64,000 nt of DNA, from the IMG/VR virus record IMGVR_UViG_3300021255_002052, positions 1-64,000 of that record. One strand, written 5' to 3'. The notes under the pieces were generated by a model. It saw nothing but the letters and a program-made list of their open reading frames with translations. It had not been told where the DNA came from and did no database searches. The translations under genes and the position numbers were made by a program. The DNA comes from a virus. Its lineage: Duplodnaviria > Caudoviricetes. Shown here piece by piece: positions 18,036 to 28,566 of the stretch. How positions within the stretch are numbered: the first letter of the stretch is position 1; every line of letters starts with the position of its first letter.

Positions 18036-18932
18036 ATGGCATGGGGCGTGTATAAAAACGGCAACTCTATCTGCAAAATTAACCTTGACGACGGAACAAA
18101 AATCAGAGAGACAAATGATGATCATTGGGATCTTGAATTCCCGGAATCCCTGGATCTTAACATCGGTAATCGCTGTGATGGTGGATGCCCGTTCTGCTAC
18201 ATCAACGCGTCTCCTGACGGGATCGACGCCGATCTGCTAAACGTACCATTCATTGACACGCTCCGGCCATATACGGAAGTTGCGATCAACGGTAACTCCG
18301 TGGACCATCCACAGCTTATCCCCTTCCTCAAGAAACTCCGCGACCGGAAGATCCTGGCGAATATCACCGTCAATCAGAAGCATTTCGAGAGGCATGAAGA
18401 CCTTCTCTGGGGACTTTACTCCGACGAGCTAGTTAAAGGGATCGGTATTTCTCTAGTCAATCCTACGAATCACTTTATAGCTTCCGTTCAGAAGTTCCCG
18501 ACTGCGGTGATTCATACGATCAACGGGATTCTGACTAAAGAGGATGTCGAGAAGATGTCCGATTTCGGGTTGAAGATTCTGATTTTGGGATATAAGAATC
18601 TCGGGCGCGGTGTAAGTTACGGCAAGCATTATTACCAGAATATTGCGGATAATCAAATTTGGTTAAACGATCATCTCGCGGAGCTTCCGAATCATTTTAA
18701 GGTCGTATCATTCGACAACCTAGCTATAGAACAGCTCAATGTGCGGAGAATCCTCTCCGACGAAGAATGGGACAGCTTCTACCTGGGCGATGAAGGAACG
18801 GCTTCTATGTACGTCGACTTGGTAACCGGCAAATTCGGAGTCAGTTCTCTCTGCAAGGAGTCGGAAATGATGCCAATCATGCCGAGCATCGACGAGATGT
18901 TTGAAATAGTCAAAAGAAAGGCGGCAGCATGA
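18036..18932 (+). CDS. radical SAM enzyme
   Basis: PESLDLNIGNRCDGGCPFCY (CxxxCxxC). Confidence 0.9.
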   Translation: MAWGVYKNGNSICKINLDDGTKIRETNDDHWDLEFPESLDLNIGNRCDGGCPFCYINASPDGIDADLLNVPFIDTLRPYTEVAINGNSVDHPQLIPFLKKLRDRKILANITVNQKHFERHEDLLWGLYSDELVKGIGISLVNPTNHFIASVQKFPTAVIHTINGILTKEDVEKMSDFGLKILILGYKNLGRGVSYGKHYYQNIADNQIWLNDHLAELPNHFKVVSFDNLAIEQLNVRRILSDEEWDSFYLGDEGTASMYVDLVTGKFGVSSLCKESEMMPIMPSIDEMFEIVKRKAAA

Positions 18933-19027
18933 ACCTACCTAGATTTTATAAATGCCCACGGGTCATAGTTATCCGGTGGTTAGACTGGGAATGGATCATT
19001 CCGCGATTATTCCCGGAGGCTTGAGAT

Positions 19028-19567
19028 ATGAGTTCATATTCAGGAAAATATGATGTCGCAGATTATTTCGAAGGCTGCTCTGATGAGGAGCTGCGAAACT
19101 CGGACATCTATATAGGAGATAATCCAGTGCCGCTCCGCATTGAGAACCAACACGACTTAGCACCGTACTATCCTCACCTAATTACCATAGGGTCTTGGTG
19201 TGAAGGACGGGCTTCCTGTTGGATTACCGAACGTAGTTTCGTGGACTTTTCAGAGGAAGAACATCTTGGTTGGAAACTCCGCGATTTTCAGAGGTATTGG
19301 CGGCGTTGCAAGCGTAATAAGAAGGACTACATCGAAGAAGAGGCTATAGCCAAGATATGTTGGTTCGAGCCGACGGATGTAGACCGTGAGATTGCTCACC
19401 GAGTCGCGATATACGGCAATAAGGCTACTGTCGAAGGACTCCACGATGAGCTACACGAATTTTACCGTCGCGAACTTCTAGAAAAGATGGTCGAACTAGG
19501 CTGGGATGAAGGAAAGGCTAAAATCTGGATCTGGAAGGACTGGACAATCGTACAGAACAAGGAGTAA
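19028..19567 (+). CDS. hypothetical phage protein
   Basis: 179-aa ORF, GGAGG SD. Confidence 0.75.
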   Translation: MSSYSGKYDVADYFEGCSDEELRNSDIYIGDNPVPLRIENQHDLAPYYPHLITIGSWCEGRASCWITERSFVDFSEEEHLGWKLRDFQRYWRRCKRNKKDYIEEEAIAKICWFEPTDVDREIAHRVAIYGNKATVEGLHDELHEFYRRELLEKMVELGWDEGKAKIWIWKDWTIVQNKE

Positions 19568-19569
19568 CT

Positions 19570-20781
19570 GTGAATTATTTCGTAGACACTAATGTTTTAT
19601 TAAACCACTGGCATGAGTTGGCCGAGCCGTTCGGTCTATCTTCTGTCAGTATTCGAGAATTGGAAAACATAAAAACGTCTTCTACCAAGACAGAAACTGT
19701 CAGATATAACGCTCGACGGGCCGTGAGATTTCTAACCGAACACGAAGATTTGTATACGGTGATCCACACAGACCACTTCCCGGACGGGATGTCGAACGAT
19801 GAAAAGATAGTTAGGGATTGCCAGACTTATGTTAACGGACATCCTGACGCCCTGTTTTGGACGGAAGATCTTCTCTGTTACATAATCGCCAAGCAAGAGT
19901 TCCGGGTTCCCGTAAGGCCACCTTACGAAGAGCCTAAAGAAGAATACTCCGGTTTTAAAACCGTAGACCTTTCTGACGTCGATATGGCACGTCTTTACGA
20001 GAATCCTCGTGATAATTTCCTCAATCTAACAACAAATGAATATCTGGAAGTTCGAAATTCCGAGTCGACAACGACAGACGTTCTACGCTGGGATGGAGAA
20101 CAATACGTGAAGGTGAAGATTCCGAAGATAAAATCGAATATCTTCGGGGCGGTCAAGCCTTATAAAGGGGATGTCTATCAGACCATGGCGTTAGATTCTT
20201 TTGCTAATAACCAGGTCACGATGATAAAGGGTCATGCCGGAACTGGAAAATCATATTTGGCGATTGGATATCTCCTAGATCTTTTGGAGAAGCATAAGAT
20301 AGACCAGATTGTTGTTTTTGCAAATCCTGTGAGTGTTTCTGATGCTTGTAGGCTTGGGTTTTATCCCGGAACTAAAGACGATAAACTACTAGATTCCCAG
20401 GTCGGTAATATGCTAGCTGCTAAGATCGGCGACAAATACGGGTTACAGAGGATGATCGACAACGGAGACATTCTTCTGCTCCCGATGTCCGATATTCGTG
20501 GTTACGACACTTCTGGCAAGCGGGTGGGTGTTTATATTACCGAAGCACAAAACTTCTCTATCAACCTAATGAAGATCGGTCTCCAGAGGATTGGCGAGGA
20601 CGTTGTCTCAGTGATTATCGACGGAGATTATACCACTCAGGTAGACCGCCCGGAGTATGGCGGAAACAATAACGGGATGCGGAGAATGTCCGAGGTTTTC
20701 AGAGGGCAGCCGTTCTACGGAGAAGTTGAATTACGGAATATTTACAGGTCGATGATAGCGAAGGTCGCAGACGAGATGTGA
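19570..20781 (+). CDS. phoH: PIN-PhoH family protein
   Basis: N-terminal PIN (FVDTNVLL), GHAGTGKS Walker A, LGFYPG, IRG, EAQN, LQRIGE. Confidence 0.9.
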   Translation: MNYFVDTNVLLNHWHELAEPFGLSSVSIRELENIKTSSTKTETVRYNARRAVRFLTEHEDLYTVIHTDHFPDGMSNDEKIVRDCQTYVNGHPDALFWTEDLLCYIIAKQEFRVPVRPPYEEPKEEYSGFKTVDLSDVDMARLYENPRDNFLNLTTNEYLEVRNSESTTTDVLRWDGEQYVKVKIPKIKSNIFGAVKPYKGDVYQTMALDSFANNQVTMIKGHAGTGKSYLAIGYLLDLLEKHKIDQIVVFANPVSVSDACRLGFYPGTKDDKLLDSQVGNMLAAKIGDKYGLQRMIDNGDILLLPMSDIRGYDTSGKRVGVYITEAQNFSINLMKIGLQRIGEDVVSVIIDGDYTTQVDRPEYGGNNNGMRRMSEVFRGQPFYGEVELRNIYRSMIAKVADEM

Positions 20782-21041
20782 TGGAAAGAATCGAAGAATT
20801 ATTACTAGATAACGGACTAGAAGGAACGTCGTATTTCACGGGAGATGATTACGACACAGCTATACTGGGATACACGGATGACGGACGACTCGTCTATTCT
20901 TACGAGAAAATGATCGAGTGGCTCACAGAAAATGAGGAGATGACACAGGAAGATGCACAAGAATGGATCGACTATAACGTACTTCGCACGATCCCGTACA
21001 TGGGCGAGAAATCGCCGGTTGTCGTCTACACACTGTATTAA
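20781..21041 (+). CDS. conserved small phage protein
   Basis: YDTAILG...LVYSYEKMIE...DAQEWIDYN...MGEKSP. Confidence 0.75.
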   Translation: MERIEELLLDNGLEGTSYFTGDDYDTAILGYTDDGRLVYSYEKMIEWLTENEEMTQEDAQEWIDYNVLRTIPYMGEKSPVVVYTLY

Positions 21042-21054
21042 TAGGAGGAACAAA

Positions 21055-21522
21055 ATGGAAGAAGTTAAACTTGCACCACCCTGGATGATCTATTTTAGGA
21101 AGCTCGAGGCCTTCTTCAAAGAAGATCCCGATGTGAACCTCAAGTTAGATGATTTTGTGATCAAGGTCTATGTGAACGGCGAGAAAAAGGCTGATGCACT
21201 CCGCGAATTGCTGCCGTTGTCTAAATCATTCGGTAATATAAAGTTCAACGTTAACGTGATCCCGGCGAATCCGCTTGACATGTCCAAGATCTCCGTGCTT
21301 CAGAAAGCGCTCGAGGGTAACGAGGCACTCTCCCGGATTGAGACTGTTTCTGGTGTATCCAGTAACGATTTTAATTTTGTGGTTTTCCAGCCGAAGGTCG
21401 TTCAGTACTATAACGACGATCTCAGCGACATTAACGGGCTTTGCTCGACGCTTTATCAGGATCTCGCCAAGGATATCTTCGGGGAGAGCGATGGAATCTA
21501 TTTCTGCACGGAGAAGATCTGA
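21055..21522 (+). CDS. conserved phage protein
   Basis: AGGAGG SD before ATG at 21055; LAPPW...VVQYYNDDLSD...STLYQDLAKDIF. Confidence 0.75.
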   Translation: MEEVKLAPPWMIYFRKLEAFFKEDPDVNLKLDDFVIKVYVNGEKKADALRELLPLSKSFGNIKFNVNVIPANPLDMSKISVLQKALEGNEALSRIETVSGVSSNDFNFVVFQPKVVQYYNDDLSDINGLCSTLYQDLAKDIFGESDGIYFCTEKI

Positions 21523-21806
21523 TGTACGAGGCAGAGGGCAAGAACGATTTCGAAATCAAAAAGGACGATTATCTTTCTAGCAAGATCATCGTGCCTGATT
21601 TCTCGGCAATAAAGAATCGCAAGCCGGGAAAACCGCACATCCAGGATGAAAGCCAAATCTGCTCTCTCTGTGACTATTGTTGGGGGAAGTACACGGCTGA
21701 CGATTCTGGCCTCAACTACTGCCACAACCGCGACTCCCTCAAGTATAGGAAGAGGGTTAACGGGACTAGCTCCTGTCCCCTCTTTCTGAGGAAGGAAGGT
21801 GGTTAA
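21522..21806 (+). CDS. small Cys-containing hypothetical protein
   Basis: Start overlaps the previous stop; CSLCDYC. Confidence 0.55.
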   Translation: MYEAEGKNDFEIKKDDYLSSKIIVPDFSAIKNRKPGKPHIQDESQICSLCDYCWGKYTADDSGLNYCHNRDSLKYRKRVNGTSSCPLFLRKEGG

Positions 21807-21807
21807 T

Positions 21808-24549
21808 TTGGGCGAGTTTGGCCTTAAAATCAAAAATGTGTCTGCCGGTATGTTGTATGAGTGTAATTTAGGAATAAGGGATTATTGGACGTACTCGGAC
21901 GCGATGCTCAATAATTCCTTATTTTACTATTACATGCTCGAACATGGCCTAACGACTTATAAGGGAGAATCCACCAGAGATATCATCTGCTTGAAGTTCG
22001 ATTTCGGATCGAAAAGTTATAAAGAGGAGCGCAAACGCGTTCTGAAACTAATAAGCGATGCGAAAACTGATGAAGATCGTGAGTACGCCAAGAAGGTCTT
22101 GAAGAAAGTTGACGCGAACAAGAGCAAGTACCGGGAGTTAAGCCGCGAGGATATCCGCAAAAAGTTCTACGAAGAAGGTGTTGACGTCACCTACGACACT
22201 AGAGATAAGAAAACAGGTGAGATCATCAAGAAAGAAACGATCCACTATTCGATGCTCTACCGGACACCGGCGAAAGCGAAGCTGGGCGAGGTGATGTTCA
22301 TCAATTCCGATCTTTACGAAACCGCACACGACTGGTTAACAATGGGTATAAAACTACCCGAAAACAGAGCAAAAATAGTCGAGATGTCCGCCTATGCTCC
22401 CCTGACGACGTCGACAATAGTCGGGACGCTCCATGTGCCGGTCGAGAACGTGGTTATACTGAAAGACCAGGATTCGTTCTTTAAGGCGGTCGCCGAAATC
22501 GTTAGGGCCGAGGACTACGTAACTAGGAAGAACGAGACAAAGAAACGCTGTGTAGTAGATCATGCCGAGACCGAGGTGAAGAACACTATCTGGGATGGCA
22601 TGGGGCTGATCGAGACTACCGCTCTCCCCGGCTGGGTCAATGGTATGGCCCTCTTGCGGAATCATATGTTCAAGATGTGCGGATTCCGGACTCGGATGCA
22701 GGATTTCTTCCGCGATTGGTGCGAAAAGACCGGCAATGATTACGAAACCTATGAGATCGAGGATATGTTCGGTGAGAAGCATAGACTGAGGGACGTTGTC
22801 ATTCTAACTACCGACAACGCTATCAAATGGAAAAAGTTCCGGGATCTGATGGGTGAGAACCCCTACGAATACTGGAAGAATAAAATAAAGGCTGACGGAT
22901 GTAAGTGGGGGATCGTCAAAACTGATCATCCTAGTAAAATCGGAGACGGCCAGTTCCAACAGATGAGTTATCAGTTCTGTAATACACTCCCCTGCTCCAA
23001 AGAGGAATTCGGGGAAATTGCGAAGACCAGTACGGATTATGTGGAGAAGTTGAAGACGGATCCGGATGAGTTCGAACAGTTTCTGAGACATAACGCAAAC
23101 GAGATAAATCACTATCTGATGATGGCGGATCTGTATGACCATAACCACGATTTTGCGAATTCTAAGTGGTTTAGATATGAAAAAAGCAAAATCATCAATC
23201 AGTACATATACAAACTGAGAAATGGAAAAATATTCGTAAATGCGGATAATCTTACCCTTTGTGGCAACCCCTACGCTCTTCTACTCTACTCCGTTGGTGA
23301 GGATTGGCGACAGGATCCCACTTTACAACCAGAAGCCGGGACAATCCAGTGTTATGCCAAGCGGTTTTCTGACGGTGAATTCTTGGCCGGTTTCAGGTCT
23401 CCTCACAATTCTCCTAATAATCTCACGTATCTACACAACAGAATAACACCGGAAATGGAGAAATATTTCGAGTTTAGTGACAACATAATGGCCGTGAATT
23501 GCCTGGAAACGGATATCCAGTCGCGGGCAAACGGTTGCGATTTTGATTCAGATTTTATGTTTGTCACTAACCAATCACAGATCGTAGAGTCCGCTATGCG
23601 GGCTTACCGAGACTTTCCGACGATCGTCAATGATTTGAAAGAATCCGGGATCACCTACGACAATACGCTTTCTGACTATGCGCAGATGGATAATATGATG
23701 AGCCGCAGTCAGCTGGGGATTGGCTGGTCCTCTAATGCCGCTCAGCTTTGCATGAGTTATTACTGGACTGAGCTAGCTAAAGAAGAACCAGACACCGAAC
23801 TACTAAAGCATTATTATGATAACTTTATTATCCTCAGCGTACTCGCCCAGGTGATCATCGATGGTTGTAAACGCGTTTACGAGATCGACGGCTTAGACGA
23901 GATCAAACGCATAATGGATGAGCCGTGGATGCGTAAAGAATATGTGGATTCGAAAGGAAAAGCCCATAAGAAGGATTTTCCGATGTTTATGAAATACACG
24001 AGAACCGTTCCGCATACGAAAAATGGAGAAGAACTTCCTTATGATATAGTGAAGGGCAATAAAGAGAAAATAAGAGCTCGGGTAGACGAGTCCATTATTT
24101 GTCCGATGAACTGGCTACAGGAATACTTAGATAAGATCCAGGGCGCTAGTACTTCTGACTGCGTCCCGACGGAAGACTTCTTTATAGTAATGGATGGTGT
24201 CGTGCAATCCAATACTTCAAAAAAGATAATCGATATTATAGTGAATTATTCCAATTCTATTAAGAGAGAGATGACGAGCAGTGATTCTTCTGAAGAACTA
24301 GTTGAAGCGATGGTCCGCGAAATGGATAACACTATTAATAAACTAAAACATATAAAAATTAAAAACCTCAAGACGATCAATAAGATTATCGAAACAGCCC
24401 TAGATCTGGACGGAGCAGTATCTAAAGTCAACAAGGCGTATCAAAGGAACAACGTTAAATATTCCAGGCAGATTTTGAATTGTTTGTACAGGATGGACAA
24501 AGAAGTTTTCCTGAGTAATTTCTTGAGAAATACAGAATTTTCGTGTTGA
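21808..24549 (+). CDS. yonO: YonO-like single-subunit (two-barrel, RdRP-like) phage RNA polymerase
   Basis: About 913 aa; IWDG, LLRNHMFK, QQMSYQ, FRSPH and catalytic NGCDFDSD (DxDxD); directly upstream of the late genes as in SPbeta; no internal TAG. Confidence 0.8.
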   Translation: MGEFGLKIKNVSAGMLYECNLGIRDYWTYSDAMLNNSLFYYYMLEHGLTTYKGESTRDIICLKFDFGSKSYKEERKRVLKLISDAKTDEDREYAKKVLKKVDANKSKYRELSREDIRKKFYEEGVDVTYDTRDKKTGEIIKKETIHYSMLYRTPAKAKLGEVMFINSDLYETAHDWLTMGIKLPENRAKIVEMSAYAPLTTSTIVGTLHVPVENVVILKDQDSFFKAVAEIVRAEDYVTRKNETKKRCVVDHAETEVKNTIWDGMGLIETTALPGWVNGMALLRNHMFKMCGFRTRMQDFFRDWCEKTGNDYETYEIEDMFGEKHRLRDVVILTTDNAIKWKKFRDLMGENPYEYWKNKIKADGCKWGIVKTDHPSKIGDGQFQQMSYQFCNTLPCSKEEFGEIAKTSTDYVEKLKTDPDEFEQFLRHNANEINHYLMMADLYDHNHDFANSKWFRYEKSKIINQYIYKLRNGKIFVNADNLTLCGNPYALLLYSVGEDWRQDPTLQPEAGTIQCYAKRFSDGEFLAGFRSPHNSPNNLTYLHNRITPEMEKYFEFSDNIMAVNCLETDIQSRANGCDFDSDFMFVTNQSQIVESAMRAYRDFPTIVNDLKESGITYDNTLSDYAQMDNMMSRSQLGIGWSSNAAQLCMSYYWTELAKEEPDTELLKHYYDNFIILSVLAQVIIDGCKRVYEIDGLDEIKRIMDEPWMRKEYVDSKGKAHKKDFPMFMKYTRTVPHTKNGEELPYDIVKGNKEKIRARVDESIICPMNWLQEYLDKIQGASTSDCVPTEDFFIVMDGVVQSNTSKKIIDIIVNYSNSIKREMTSSDSSEELVEAMVREMDNTINKLKHIKIKNLKTINKIIETALDLDGAVSKVNKAYQRNNVKYSRQILNCLYRMDKEVFLSNFLRNTEFSC

Positions 24550-24670
24550 GCATCGATTTTTCGACGTGAAGAAAAAGCAAATAAAACCGACGTTTTCTTT
24601 ATGAGACTTAATTTCCGTAATATGGGGAGCCAGAAACTCCCCAAATTTATTATAGAAAGTGGTGAATATC

Positions 24671-24835
24671 ACGATCAAGATAACGAAAGATGAAGCAATG
24701 TACTTGTGTAACCAGGGCTTTCGCTGGCACGAACATTTGCTTCATACGTACACAAAGAACAAGCATTATTTCGCAGCAGAAAACAAGAAACTTCTCGCGG
24801 CGCTTAACGCGTACAGAGAAAGCAAAAAGGATTAA
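24671..24835 (+). CDS. small hypothetical protein, probable ACG start
   Basis: GAAAGTGGTGA SD then ACG-IKITKDEAMYL. Confidence 0.55.
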   Translation, partial: TIKITKDEAMYLCNQGFRWHEHLLHTYTKNKHYFAAENKKLLAALNAYRESKKD

Positions 24836-24846
24836 AAGGAGAACGA

Positions 24847-25200
24847 ATGGAACTGAAACAAATCTTTTCATAGGAAATCGCTAATACCCTAATCGAAAAG
24901 GGATATCCGGTCGTCAGGATTGACCAGACAACTAGCAAGAAGCCGATCTTCTGTTTCGAACAGACGGAAGCCCTGAGCGCCGATCTGGACGAGGTATTCG
25001 GGCCCAAGAGGGTCACGATCACCGATCCAAAAACTGTTAAGCGCTTACTGGATAAGGGTTTCCACATCGTCGATATTAAGCCGAACAGGTTCAACCACGA
25101 CAAGACGGTTTTCTTATTCGAGGATAGTGAACTACTCGAAACTGCACTGAAAGAAGTGACGGATCACCCGGATGACGAAAAAGTTCTGAAGGAGGCGTAA
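24847..25200 (+). CDS. hypothetical protein with a duplicated small domain; first gene with an in-frame TAG
   Basis: AAGGAG SD; MELKQIFS(TAG 24871)EIANTLIEKGYPVV...KRLLDKGFHIVDIKPN, open to TAA. Confidence 0.75.
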
Positions 25201-25202
25201 TA

Positions 25203-25841
25203 ATGGAAGGAATAGATGTCCTGACTTTACCAATTCTGGGGTCTGTCTCGGATCTCTGTCCTCTCCCGAGTCCGTCAGAAGTTACTTACTGGCAGAATCG
25301 TGGTTCTCGGATCTTCACAATCGACTATGAACTTGATGATGATTATAACGTAATGGACCTTCAGAAGGCGATCTTACAGATCAATTATGATGATATGAAT
25401 AAGCCGGAATCGGAACTTCAGCCCATTATCATTCAAATACATAGTTTTGGTGGAGATCTCCATCAGGCCTACGCTATAGCTGATACTATCCTTACTAGCA
25501 GAACTCCCGTGATTACGGTAGCTGCGTCAGTCGCGATGTCGGCTGGCTTCATTATTCTAATAGCCGGACATAAAAGGTACGCTCTTCCGCACTCCCAGGC
25601 ACTGGTACACGCTGGATACGCGGCTTTCGAAGGAACTGCTTCCGAAGTTGAACAGGCTCAGAAGAACTATAAGCGTATGCAGTCCGTGGATAAACAGTTT
25701 GTCCTGGAACAGACGGAGATCCCGGAATCTACCTATAATCGGCAGAAGAATAAGGATTGGTATCTGTCCGTCGATGATATGCTGAAATATAAGGTGATCG
25801 ACGGAGTGGTAGAAAAGATTACAGATATTTTCAAGATATAA
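25203..25841 (+). CDS. clpP: ClpP-like protease subunit
   Basis: PIIIQIHSFGGD, AMSAGFIILIAGHKRYALPHSQALVH, DWYLS. Confidence 0.85.
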   Translation: MEGIDVLTLPILGSVSDLCPLPSPSEVTYWQNRGSRIFTIDYELDDDYNVMDLQKAILQINYDDMNKPESELQPIIIQIHSFGGDLHQAYAIADTILTSRTPVITVAASVAMSAGFIILIAGHKRYALPHSQALVHAGYAAFEGTASEVEQAQKNYKRMQSVDKQFVLEQTEIPESTYNRQKNKDWYLSVDDMLKYKVIDGVVEKITDIFKI

Positions 25842-25860
25842 GGATCAAAAGGAGAAAACG

Positions 25861-26085
25861 ATGGCAGTTGCACCATTCAAGTACGTTAAAAGTACGAACA
25901 TCAACATGAAAGTCCACGGCGTTTACGATTCTGCTCTTGGCGTGATCGTGACGAAGGAGGAAGATAAAGACATTCCGAGGAAGATTCTCTCTCTCCTCTC
26001 CGAGTTCGACGGCAAAGAAATCGACCTGTCCGTGACGAATAAAGACTCCAAGAATCTTGAGGAGCCGGAGGAAGATGAAGATTGA
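25861..26085 (+). CDS. small hypothetical protein (YonK-like position)
   Basis: 74 aa, AAGGAG SD; synteny resembles SPbeta. Confidence 0.55.
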   Translation: MAVAPFKYVKSTNINMKVHGVYDSALGVIVTKEEDKDIPRKILSLLSEFDGKEIDLSVTNKDSKNLEEPEEDED

Positions 26086-27271
26086 ATATAAGCGGTTTCC
26101 CGGAGAAACTGACGACGAGCTGATCTACCGAGTCTGTAAAGATAAAGATAAGATAGGTTCGTGGGAGCTGGTGGCGGGCGTGCTGAACGCCCTGACCGGC
26201 AACAATTATTCCGAGGCTTGTTACCGTAAAAAGTATTAGTCATTTGTAAAGCTTTTTGAAGCTAATCGAAAAGTACTTGGGGAAACCGACAAAGAAATAT
26301 CCGCGATTCAGGAGCAACGGCGGTTGCTGGCTCAGGAAAAGATCGCGCTTAGAGATGAACGCGCGGCTTGGAATAAGCAGAACTACGTGGCTTCCAGAGT
26401 CGAGAGAAGGCTGGATTTACTCGAACAGAAACTAGAAGAAATCGGAAGAATCGATTTTCCTAGCTATCCGCCTTTCAAAGTAGAGTCCGATACGGATATG
26501 TTGATCATCCTCTCTGACTTTCACATAGGAGCTAGTTTTGATAACTCCTTCGGGAAATACAACTCTCAAATAGCTAAAGAACGGCTATTCTCCCTCTTTT
26601 CTGAAATATCCGAAATCCAGAGAAGGCACAGCTGCCGGAATTGTTATGTGTCGCTACAGGGCGATATTATCAACGGCAGTATTCATAAGAGTATTCAGCT
26701 GACCAATGCCGAGAATGTTGTCGAATAGATAAAGATAGCTTCGCAGCTAGTCGCTAACTTCTGTTACGCGTTATGCGGACTTTTCGAGAAAGTCGAGCTG
26801 CGGTCTGTGGTCGGGAATCATACCCGATTAGATAGGAAAGAAGACTCTCTTCACGATGAACGTCTGGACGATCTTGTCGCCTGGGCTGTGTCTAAGGAAC
26901 TGATAGACGTCGAGAACTTCCGATATATCTCTAATAATCTTGATAGCGGAATTGCCGCTTGGGAGATTAGAGGTAAGGAGTATGTCTCGGTCCACGGAGA
27001 TTATGACGACTACTCTTCTTCCGGAGTTCAGAAACTAACCGGATTGCTCGGATACGTACCATATGCTGTATTGTACGGGCATCTTCATAGTAACTCGTTC
27101 GATCAAAGTTCCGGCGGAGTCAAGATGATTCGAGGGGGTTCTCTCTGCGGATCTGGCGACCAGTATGCCGTCGAGCATAGATTGGCGGGTCCTCCGTCTC
27201 AGATGGTTTGTATATGCGATTCTTCAGGAGTTGTGGCGTACTATCCGGTAGAGTTAGGAGGCATGAGATGA
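26075..27271 (+). CDS. calcineurin-like metallophosphoesterase (TAG recoded)
   Basis: LSDFHIG, GDIING, GNH, HGD and GHLH motifs form one frame only when TAG at 26237 and 26726 are read through. Confidence 0.85.
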
Positions 27272-27777
27272 AAAATATAGTGAAATATGGAACTATTGAC
27301 GAATTCTGCACGACTATATAGGAATTGCTCGATCTTGGACATGATGTTGCAGTAATCGGACGTTACTAGTTTATTCTCGACACGATGAATTGTCTGGTCA
27401 AAGATTCCGATCTCGAGCTTTACTCGGTACAAATCGAGCATCCAGCCGTCGGTAATTACCAGGATTCTTGGGTTATGAATATCGATGGTGAGGGTAAGAT
27501 CTGGTGCGAAAAAGCCGTGAAGGACGGCAGATTTCTTGATACTTGGGGGATGATCACACTCGTAGATTGCGAGGCTGGTGAAAAAGTTATCGACTACTAC
27601 GATGATGCCTCTGTGATAAGTATCGATGAAGTAGAAGATCTGAAAAATGCTGAGGACGAAAACAATCTTTACTTTAGTCAGACGATGCCCAATGGATCGA
27701 GAGTAAGTGTTTCGTTATATTCGGATAATAACGAAATAATCAAAATGATAAAGGATTTATTCACAGAAAAACACTGA
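27268..27777 (+). CDS. hypothetical protein (TAG recoded)
   Basis: ATG at 27268 after AGGAGG; two in-frame TAGs precede the tracked fragment. Confidence 0.7.
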
Positions 27778-28214
27778 AATGGCTTTAGATACAAAAAGCC
27801 CGAGCGTGAACCCGGGCTTAAGGCGACAACGTATCGTGCTGGAGGCCAATAAAACTTTCGCTAATCTACTCATTGGATTGTCCTCCTTTGATAATCTCCC
27901 CGGTTATCCGCGTCCGAGTGAGATGGCCTCAACTCGGGGTGCGATTTAATTGTATCACGCTATTCGCAGGAAATCTAACGCCATTTCATTGATAAAAAAG
28001 AATAAACCGAGTCGGACTACAGCCGACCTGGTCTAGAAACTTATGTCTCGCGATGTCTCCTTATTTCATCATATTGCGAATAATTGTGTAAGCTATTGCT
28101 AGCTTTGCAAACTATCTGATCGTCTTAACAATAAGAGGGGTCAGTAATGACATACCCGAGACAAAACATTAGACACCATAATTTTAACACAGAACAAAAG
28201 GAGTAAAAGGAAAA

Positions 28215-28523
28215 ATGGATAAGAAAGAACTTATTATTGAAATCACTAAGAACGTAAATGAAGCTAGAGCTTCTGAGGGAAAGGCCCCCAACGCATCCAA
28301 GAAGGATTCTATGATGTATCTGGACGCAGTAGTGAATGCGCTCAAGACCGGAATGAAAAACGATGGCTCCGTTAAGCTTCATGGCTTCATGAATCTGTCC
28401 ACCAGCGTGGTAGATGCCCACATCGGACGTAACCCGAGCACCGGCGAGGATATCAAGATCCCGAAGAAGATCCGTGCAAAGGCTAAGTTCTCCAACAGCT
28501 TTAAGGATTTCCTTAACGCTTAA
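28215..28523 (+). CDS. HU-family DNA-binding protein
   Basis: MDKKELI...VKLHGF...GRNPSTGEDIKIP...KFS. Confidence 0.9.
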   Translation: MDKKELIIEITKNVNEARASEGKAPNASKKDSMMYLDAVVNALKTGMKNDGSVKLHGFMNLSTSVVDAHIGRNPSTGEDIKIPKKIRAKAKFSNSFKDFLNA

Positions 28524-28538
28524 TTAGGAACGTATATC

Positions 28539-28565
28539 GACCGCCGGTCACACGGCGGTCTTTAA
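28539..28565 (+). terminator. hairpin or terminator after HU
   Basis: GACCGCC-loop-GGCGGTC followed by TTT. Confidence 0.5.
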
Positions 28566-28566
28566 T

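Noticed and set aside
27757-27873. AgrD-like quorum-sensing peptide
   Set aside because: It lacks the acidic Pro-containing tail, and no AgrB gene is present in the window.
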